Below the pieces are notes generated by a model, which saw nothing but the letters and a program-made list of their open reading frames with translations, was not told the DNA's origin and did no database searches. Below, in pieces: positions 8,887 to 15,722 of a DNA stretch of 64,000 nucleotides (positions within the stretch are counted from its first letter, which is position 1; each line of letters starts with the position of its first letter). A program made the position numbers and the translations under genes. Source of the stretch: Candidatus Woesearchaeota archaeon (lineage in GTDB: Archaea; Nanobdellota; Nanobdellia; Woesearchaeales; GW2011-AR9); the NCBI GenBank assembly GCA_018696595.1, contig JABHQW010000008.1:268522-332521 (forward strand). The letters run 5' to 3'.

Positions 8887-10095
8887 CTAAGGTCCTTGAA
8901 TCTCGCCGAATACTTCTTGTTCAGGATAAACTGTTACACCTTTCTCACCAATACTCATCGCTACAATCTTGTTCTGATGAGAAGTACCACGTAATTTAAG
9001 GATCTCAATCGCTCTTTCCCTGATGTTGCCACGTTTGATGTTATAGATAACAATAACCCCATCGGCAAGGAACTCTTCAACACCAGTAGTAGAGAAAATC
9101 TTAGGAACTTGTTCAGTTTCCGTAATTAAAAGAGCAGTAGCTTTAATATTTTCAAAGAATCTGAACAACTGTTCAATATAAATTCTGTATGATTCATCTT
9201 TAGCAGTAAAAGCAGAAGCAATCGCAGTTAAAGAGTCAACAACAATAAAGTCCGGTTTGAAACCTTTTGGTAAAATCAACGGATCAACTTCAATCATTAA
9301 CTCACCTTTAGCTTGCATTAGAAGAGCATCTACACTACGAGTAATTTCAAAAGGATTAAATCGTTTAACATAAAATTGTTTCTTCTTAATATACTTTCTA
9401 GGATTCCAACCAAACTGTTCCATGTGTCCAATAAGTTTTTCTTCAGATTCTTCAAAACTCATCATAATACATTTCTTTCCTTCAGCAAGATGATGAAATA
9501 AAGTTTGTAAACAGAAAATAGTTTTTCCTGAACCTGCACCACCAGCAACTAAGATTGAACCGTTTTTTGGAATGCCATTATCAAGTAAGTCATCAAATCC
9601 AGGAACCCCTGTATAAATAAACCCTTCTTTAGCTGCAGTAGCATGGCTTCTTTCAAATTGAGATTTAATTTCTGCTTTTAATGAGCCAAGATCAAATAGT
9701 TTATTTCCTGTCGGTTTAGCTGCTACTGTTTCTTCTGTTGGAATTGTTTCTTTACCTTTCGAATCAACATCTTTTACGGTTTCTTGATCTCCTTTTGGAG
9801 CAATAATCTTATCTTTAATTCCTTTAAGTTGATTTTTGATTTTGTCTTTAATCACTACTTTTGTTTTAACTTGAGAAACTTTTACAGTAGGGATTTTCTT
9901 TCCTTTCTTCAATTTAGGTGTTGCAGTCAATTCTTTGCCTAAATGTTTAACAATTTTCTTACGTTTCTTTCTAATTTCTTGGGTTATAACTTTCTTTCTA
10001 GCAGGACTTACTTGATGGATATACTGCTTTTTCTCTTTATCTACTTTGTGCAGCTTCTTATTTCGAGCAGATTCGGCTTTACTTAATAATCCCAT
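8887..10095 (-). CDS. KaiC-like RecA-superfamily ATPase with a 160-aa lysine-rich N-terminal extension
   Basis: GVPGFDDLLDNGIPKNGSILVAGGAGSGKT (Walker A). FIVVDSLTAI (Walker B region). Single KaiC/RadB-like domain. Confidence 0.8.
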   Translation of the reverse strand: MGLLSKAESARNKKLHKVDKEKKQYIHQVSPARKKVITQEIRKKRKKIVKHLGKELTATPKLKKGKKIPTVKVSQVKTKVVIKDKIKNQLKGIKDKIIAPKGDQETVKDVDSKGKETIPTEETVAAKPTGNKLFDLGSLKAEIKSQFERSHATAAKEGFIYTGVPGFDDLLDNGIPKNGSILVAGGAGSGKTIFCLQTLFHHLAEGKKCIMMSFEESEEKLIGHMEQFGWNPRKYIKKKQFYVKRFNPFEITRSVDALLMQAKGELMIEVDPLILPKGFKPDFIVVDSLTAIASAFTAKDESYRIYIEQLFRFFENIKATALLITETEQVPKIFSTTGVEEFLADGVIVIYNIKRGNIRERAIEILKLRGTSHQNKIVAMSIGEKGVTVYPEQEVFGEIQGP

Positions 10096-10100
10096 TTTAG

Positions 10101-11993
10101 CTATTTAACCCCATACTTATTCATAATCTTTTTATAAGTTTTGAAATCTTTTGATTTTGAAAATGCGTTAATTTCTTTTTTAGGCAATTTTCCAAGTAAA
10201 CCATCAATTTTTCTTAATGCCGGTTTAAGATCTTTATCCACATCAACATTAGATTTAACTTTAACCCTAATACGTTTAATCTCTTTAACAATTCTCGTTT
10301 TGATTTTAACAACTTGTACAATTTTTGTTTTTATTTTAATAATTGGTAATTTCTCATCAATAATTAAATGCAACTTGTGTAGTTCATCTCTTAACTTATT
10401 AGCATCATTAACTCTTTTAATTTTTTCTTTAACAACTTTATTTAAGTTTTTAAGTTGTTTATCCCTATCAGATAATTTTTCTGAAATGGCCTTATAATTA
10501 GCTTTAGTCTTCTCTTGTTTATCCTCTAGCTTTATTTCTTCCTCTCTTAATTTTCGAAGAATGTTCTCGTTATTAGCTGTTTTATTTGATATGTTAGATT
10601 TTCTTTTACGAAGAGTTTTAGCCTTTTCTAATAATTTCAATCTATTAGCAGATAACTCTTTCTTTTTAGTTTCCATTTCATTATCGATTTCAGATTTCCT
10701 TTTCTCTAATTGTTTGGAAGCGCTTCCTTTTTTACGATTAAGAACAACAATTTCTTTATCTAAATCAGCAATCTTTAATCCTGCCTGTTTGTTAGCCCGT
10801 GCTTGTTTAAGTTTAAGCCTTTTCTTTTCATTTTCAAGATTATTTTTTAATTGTACTTTTTTTCTCGTCAAATCGACACTAATTTTTTGTTGTTTAATTT
10901 TTTCTAAAGCAATTTCTTTTTCTACATTTTTGATTTTCTTCCAAGTGTTAGATTTAACTTCATCTTCTAATCGGGCAATATAATTATCTAAACGATCATA
11001 AACTGGTTTCTTTAAGAGTGATTGTTTAATTTTTCTTTCTAATTGGATTTTTTGGACTATTTTTCTTAATAACTGTTCTTCTTCAACTAGACTTTGATGT
11101 TTTCTTTTTTCAGAAGAAATTTGATTGTTAGTAGCAGTTAATGATTTCTTATTTTTATTTAACTTAGTCATAGCAAAGTTTTGTTTTTGGTTAAGAGCTT
11201 TAATTCTTTTACCCACTTCTTCTTTTTTCAAAGCTTGTTTTCGATAAGCTTCTTGTGTTCTCGTTAAATCTTTGGAAATATCTTCAATTTGTTTATTTAA
11301 ATCTAAATGTTTCTTAACAATTTTCTGTTGTTTTTCATTTTGAACTTTACTTTCCTTTCTTACTGATAATAATAATTGTCTTTTTACAGCTGCTAATGAA
11401 GTTTCAATATTATCAAGTAAAGTTTGGTGTTCTTTTTTCTCTTTTAAAACTTTAATTTGTAACTGCTCAATATTTCTCTTCTTAGCTAAAAATTCTTTTT
11501 GTGTAGAAAAAGAGTTATCTTGGAACGAACGTAATTGTCTTTTTTTAAGCAACATTTCTTTCTCTATGTTTTTAAGACTAGTTTTAGCTTTAGATTTTTC
11601 AGCTTTAAAACTATCAATCACTGCTGGCATATCTCCAGAAACCGCTTTAACCGCAGTTAACATCTTTTCAATTTTGTTTAATTTTATTTTTCCTGTTTTT
11701 AATTCATTCTCTTTTTCTTGAATGTCAAGCAAAATCATTTTCGTTTTTGCTTCATTAATACTTTTCCTTTGTAATAATTCTTTTTCCAAATCATTCATTT
11801 CTCTTTTAATTTGGTTTAAAGCTTGGCTATCTCTATTCAGTAAACTTAAAGAGGCTGTTCTTCTTCTTTCCCATGACTTTAATTTATTACTGAAGCTTTT
11901 CTTTTCTTTTTCTAAAACTTTAATTTTCCTTCCAGATTCAGAAAGAATTTTGTTAATCTCCTTCTCCAAATTGAGCAATAATTCTGGCATCAC
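10101..11993 (-). CDS. Long coiled-coil protein (630 aa, K/E/L/Q-rich) with no globular enzymatic domain recognised
   Basis: Continuous heptad-like composition. Ends 5 nt upstream of the KaiC-like gene start, so the two are operonic. Confidence 0.55.
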   Translation of the reverse strand: MMPELLLNLEKEINKILSESGRKIKVLEKEKKSFSNKLKSWERRRTASLSLLNRDSQALNQIKREMNDLEKELLQRKSINEAKTKMILLDIQEKENELKTGKIKLNKIEKMLTAVKAVSGDMPAVIDSFKAEKSKAKTSLKNIEKEMLLKKRQLRSFQDNSFSTQKEFLAKKRNIEQLQIKVLKEKKEHQTLLDNIETSLAAVKRQLLLSVRKESKVQNEKQQKIVKKHLDLNKQIEDISKDLTRTQEAYRKQALKKEEVGKRIKALNQKQNFAMTKLNKNKKSLTATNNQISSEKRKHQSLVEEEQLLRKIVQKIQLERKIKQSLLKKPVYDRLDNYIARLEDEVKSNTWKKIKNVEKEIALEKIKQQKISVDLTRKKVQLKNNLENEKKRLKLKQARANKQAGLKIADLDKEIVVLNRKKGSASKQLEKRKSEIDNEMETKKKELSANRLKLLEKAKTLRKRKSNISNKTANNENILRKLREEEIKLEDKQEKTKANYKAISEKLSDRDKQLKNLNKVVKEKIKRVNDANKLRDELHKLHLIIDEKLPIIKIKTKIVQVVKIKTRIVKEIKRIRVKVKSNVDVDKDLKPALRKIDGLLGKLPKKEINAFSKSKDFKTYKKIMNKYGVK

Positions 11994-12390
11994 CGTAAGT
12001 TCTTAAAATTCTTTTGATTGCACTAGCATTACTTCCTGCTGCAGAAACGAACGTGCTAACTCCTAATTTTGCAAATAATTCTTCATTTTTTGGTTTTCTT
12101 ACTAAAGGAACAACTTTTTGTACTTTCTCTGATTTTCCAATTTGTGAAATCATTAAGTTAGTAGTATCATCACCAGTTGCAACCACTAAAGCATCAACTT
12201 TATCAATTTCTGCTTCTTTTAAAATAGAAATATCTGTACCATCACCATGAATGACTAAAGCGTTAGTTTTTTGCGCTAACTCTTTAGCACGGATTTCATC
12301 TTTTTCAACAAGAGTAACTTCCATTTCCTTTTCAAATAGTTTTGCTAGAGTTAGGCCAGTTTCCCCGCCACCAACAATAATAATTTTCAT
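11953..12390 (-). CDS. TrkA-N (NAD-binding Rossmann, K+ transport regulator) domain protein
   Basis: MKIIIVGGGETGLTLAKLF Rossmann motif. 145 aa. Overlaps the 5' end of the downstream coiled-coil gene. Confidence 0.75.
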   Translation of the reverse strand: MKIIIVGGGETGLTLAKLFEKEMEVTLVEKDEIRAKELAQKTNALVIHGDGTDISILKEAEIDKVDALVVATGDDTTNLMISQIGKSEKVQKVVPLVRKPKNEELFAKLGVSTFVSAAGSNASAIKRILRTYGDARIIAQFGEGD

Positions 12391-12480
12391 TTTCTTAACC
12401 TCTTTTTTAATATGATTTTTTAATAATGTTATATAATCTAAATACTTACCTATATAAAAATCTTGCTTTTCTTTAACTAC

Positions 12481-13221
12481 TTAATGTCCCACATGTAAAT
12501 TTAATTTAAGACTCAATTTCTGATAAACAAACCCGGCAACACTTTTTAAATTCTCAATATCTTCACCATTATACTCCAATAACAAATCCAAATACTCTCG
12601 GTCGCCAGAAGCGTGGAACGCTTTCCATAAGTCAACAGGATTGCCATAAAGATGAGCTGGCCTCCCTAATCCCAGTCTCTTCTCAACTTCTTTCAACCCT
12701 CCAACTAATCCTAAATTAACACAAAGTTGTTTCAAGTCTAGATGAGCAACTTTAACAACAATACCCATTTCCTTTCTTAACTTCGGTAAATCAAACGCAC
12801 CACCATTAAACGTAACAATTAATTTGTACTTCGATAACTCTTTTTCAATTTCTCCTTTTGACAAATTAACTCCTTTGACAAAATAATTACTATTGTAATA
12901 ATCAGAAATGCCTACTACGATAACTTTCCCCACAGAATCAACTTCAATATCCAAGTAACCTGTTTCTTCTTTAAAATAGTCATACAATCTCCAAGTCTCA
13001 ACAGCAGCTAATTTTCCAATAAAATAATTACTCTCCTCATTAACTAAAGCTTCTTTAGCCTCTTTAATTTTCCGATTATAATATTCTTTGCTTCGCACAG
13101 AAATTCCTTTAATCTTATCAACACGAAGAAAATCATTCCAATCTTTAATTCCTGAGTTCCAAATATTTTTCTCCTTACCGGAACCAACTTTCTCCAAAAA
13201 AATAAACGATTTTCTGATCAT
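12481..13221 (-). CDS. RNase H-like 3'-5' exonuclease (YprB/COG3359 RNase_H_2-like)
   Basis: Acidic motifs YLDIEVD, TFNGGAFDLPKL and YNGEDIENL match the DnaQ-like Exo I-III arrangement. Confidence 0.55.
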   Translation of the reverse strand: MIRKSFIFLEKVGSGKEKNIWNSGIKDWNDFLRVDKIKGISVRSKEYYNRKIKEAKEALVNEESNYFIGKLAAVETWRLYDYFKEETGYLDIEVDSVGKVIVVGISDYYNSNYFVKGVNLSKGEIEKELSKYKLIVTFNGGAFDLPKLRKEMGIVVKVAHLDLKQLCVNLGLVGGLKEVEKRLGLGRPAHLYGNPVDLWKAFHASGDREYLDLLLEYNGEDIENLKSVAGFVYQKLSLKLNLHVGH

Positions 13222-13327
13222 AACTATTTCAAGAATAAACTAATTTAAATGTTTATGTTTTTCTACCTCGCAGGGACAGGAAATTTTTATAAACTCCTCG
13301 ACATTCTACTTATTTCCTACTGTTCAC

Positions 13328-13393
13328 GGGAGAATTGATTTCACTTGTTGATGTCTTCGGATTGATGCTTGTGTTTGATGCTTCGGACGTGTT
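13328..13393. repeat. Copy 1 of a tandem duplicated, relatively GC-rich, approximately 65-nt element
   Basis: CGGGAGAATTGATTTCACTTGTTGATGTCTTCGGATTGATGCTTGTGTTTGATGCTTCGGACGTG. Near-identical copy 90 nt downstream. Confidence 0.6.
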
Positions 13394-13417
13394 CAGTTAA
13401 ATCGTTTCAGTTGTTTG

Positions 13418-13482
13418 CGGGAGAATTGATTTCGCTTGTTGACGTCTTCGGATTGATACTTGTGTTTGAAACTTCGGACGTG
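13418..13482. repeat. Copy 2 of the tandem duplicated approximately 65-nt element
   Basis: CGGGAGAATTGATTTCGCTTGTTGACGTCTTCGGATTGATACTTGTGTTTGAAACTTCGGACGTG. Five substitutions relative to copy 1. Confidence 0.6.
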
Positions 13483-13573
13483 AACTGCTGAGAATTTCTT
13501 TTTTTCATTCAATGATAAGTTGAATAATAACAAATTTTATATACTTCTCCGTAACGTGATACTCTATTAATCC

Positions 13574-14356
13574 ATGGGGGTGGAAATTAAAATGGTAAAT
13601 TTATTATTGTTTGGGTTATTGAATCCAATTGTTATTGCCGTAATCTTAATCGTTCTGGCAAGTTTGAAAGTTGTTAAAGAATACGAACGGGGAGTTCGAT
13701 TTACATTAGGAAAATATACGGGGATGATGAAACCAGGATTAAGAATGGTTATTCCAGTAATTCAAAGTTGGGAAAGAGTTGATTTGAGAGTGAAAGCTGT
13801 TGACGTTCCTGATCAAGATTGTATTACTAAAGACAATGTTTCTGTAAGGGTTAATGCAGTTTTATACTTTAAAGTAGCCGAAGCAGAGAAAGCAATCATC
13901 GGAGTAGAAAATTACTTTTATGCAACATCTCAGTTATCACAAACTACTATGCGAGATATTGTGGGGGAAGTTACTTTGGATGAACTTTTAAGAGAAAGAG
14001 ATGAAATCTCAAAGAAGATAAAAATGATTGTTGACAAAGCAACTGATCCTTGGGGAATTAAAGTTGAGTCAGTAGATTTGAAACATGTAGAACTTCCAGA
14101 TAACATGAAAAGAACTATGGCTAAGGAAGCCGAATCTGAGCGAGAAAAGCGAGCAGTAATCATTAAAGCAGAGGGAGAAGTTATGGCTGCTAATAATATG
14201 TCTAAAGCCGCTACAATGCTTGCAAAGGCGCCTGGTGCTTTACATCTGAGAACTTTACAGAGTATTAACGACATGAGTTCAGATCAAAGTAACACGATTG
14301 TCTTTGCTGTACCTTTAGAAATCTTGAAATCATTCGAAGGGTTCGCTAAGAAATAA
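13574..14356 (+). CDS. SPFH/band-7 (stomatin/prohibitin-like) membrane protein
   Basis: N-terminal TM. Core RGVRFTLGKY...PDQDCITKDNVSVRVNAVLYFKV...ELLRERDEIS is typical of stomatin. Confidence 0.85.
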   Translation: MGVEIKMVNLLLFGLLNPIVIAVILIVLASLKVVKEYERGVRFTLGKYTGMMKPGLRMVIPVIQSWERVDLRVKAVDVPDQDCITKDNVSVRVNAVLYFKVAEAEKAIIGVENYFYATSQLSQTTMRDIVGEVTLDELLRERDEISKKIKMIVDKATDPWGIKVESVDLKHVELPDNMKRTMAKEAESEREKRAVIIKAEGEVMAANNMSKAATMLAKAPGALHLRTLQSINDMSSDQSNTIVFAVPLEILKSFEGFAKK

Positions 14357-14399
14357 TTTTTTTTATTTTATTTTTTCTTTTTTATTTTTTTAAGAAAGT

Positions 14400-15491
14400 T
14401 CAAAATTCTAGGAGTATTTTTTTATTCTTCAAATCAATCCCTTTGATCTTCTTAACTTTTTTCAACTCGCTTTCAATCTCTTTCCAATCTTTACCTTCTT
14501 TTCTTGCAGATTTAACAAAATCAATAATCTTTTGTAAGGGTTGGTAGTTCTCATAAACAGTCTCTCCCTTTTGGGTATTTAATACAATCTTATCTTCTTG
14601 TTTCTTAATCGATTTTTTCTGGTTAGAAATTATTCCTTTAGCCGAAATTATTCTTTGTTCATAGGGAGATATAATCTCAAACGGATTAAGAATATTGATT
14701 GCTTCATTATACGTTTCAGTTTTCTTTACTACTTTCTCCTCATTAGTTAATTCAAAAGGGGTTATCTGATTTTCATAAATAAATCCAGAAGGTTTCTCAA
14801 TAACTTTCAATAATGTTTTAATCCCTTTAATAATTTCTTTAATCTCTTTTTCAGTAACATCATTTTGTAATTTGTCTTTATCAACATCAGCTAATCTACA
14901 AATCTCTTCTGCATATAATCCACCAAATCCCACTTCTGTAGCAATTGAAGTAGCCAAATTCTTTTTATCACTCTTTTTCAAAACAGTAGTTAACTCTTTC
15001 TCATTCAACTTTTTCCAATCAATTCCTGGCGTAGGAAAAACATACTTCTCTTTCACTCTGATATTACGATCTTTCCATTTCTTTTGTTCAAGGGCAGCAA
15101 TAATCATATCTTTAGAGTCAGTCAAAATCAAATTTCCACGAGAGAACAATTCAATAATTAGATAATACTTCTCCTTTTTTTCAATTTCAAAAACAATAAT
15201 TCTTTCAGCGCCTTTTTGTTCAATCTTTCTAATAGAAGCGTTATCCAAATATTTCCTTAATTGCATACAGAATGAAGATGGTTTTAGGGGGGTATCTTTC
15301 CGCGAAGTCAAACAAAGAAATTTTCCAGGAACAATTTTCAATAATTGTTTGCCTTCGCCTTTAGCATGTAACTGAAATAATAGCTCCATCTTTTCCTGGT
15401 GGTAAACTTGCGATATTCTTCCATCTACTAAGAACTGTAATTCGTTAATAATCGCTGCTAGTTCAAGTGAAGCTAATCCTTTTTTGTTCAT
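14400..15491 (-). CDS. NFACT-N domain protein (short Rqc2/NEMF/FbpA-like)
   Basis: LASLELAAIINELQFLVDGRISQVYHQ...LFQLHAKG matches the NFACT-N start. At 363 aa it is far shorter than full-length archaeal homologs. Confidence 0.5.
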   Translation of the reverse strand: MNKKGLASLELAAIINELQFLVDGRISQVYHQEKMELLFQLHAKGEGKQLLKIVPGKFLCLTSRKDTPLKPSSFCMQLRKYLDNASIRKIEQKGAERIIVFEIEKKEKYYLIIELFSRGNLILTDSKDMIIAALEQKKWKDRNIRVKEKYVFPTPGIDWKKLNEKELTTVLKKSDKKNLATSIATEVGFGGLYAEEICRLADVDKDKLQNDVTEKEIKEIIKGIKTLLKVIEKPSGFIYENQITPFELTNEEKVVKKTETYNEAINILNPFEIISPYEQRIISAKGIISNQKKSIKKQEDKIVLNTQKGETVYENYQPLQKIIDFVKSARKEGKDWKEIESELKKVKKIKGIDLKNKKILLEF

Positions 15492-15560
15492 AGTGTTAAG
15501 AAATCGTCTGTTTATATAAAAATATTCTTTTCTATAGCTTCATCCAGAATAATAACATTT

Positions 15561-15688
15561 TGTATACTGCCTGCAATAGGCGCATTTTTGGAGTAGGGCA
15601 CGGCACCTTAGATTTTACTCATAAAATTCGTAAAATGTGCCTCCATTGGCGCCACTCCAAAAATCCACGCGCCGGCACGCAGTATACA
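15561..15688. ncRNA. Candidate structured element A. Large GC-rich imperfect hairpin that shares its core motif with element B at 24125-24208.
   Basis: Outer stem TGTATACTGC/GCAGTATACA. Inner stem TTTTTGGAGT/ACTCCAAAAA. Core GCACGGCAC-N25-AAAATGTGCCTCCATTGGC. Confidence 0.3.
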
Positions 15689-15722
15689 AATTCATTTTAT
15701 TCTAGATGAAGTTCTTTTCTAT

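Noticed and set aside
13328-13482. CRISPR-like interpretation of the 65-nt duplicated element
   Set aside because: Only two copies. The unit is too long, the spacer is 25 nt, and there is no leader or cas context.
15561-15688. tRNA or split-tRNA gene in GC-rich element A (and B at 24125-24208)
   Set aside because: I could not fit a cloverleaf. There is no T-loop GTTCRANYC, no D-loop or anticodon arm geometry, and acceptor pairing is limited to 5 bp. Treated instead as a structured element of unknown type.
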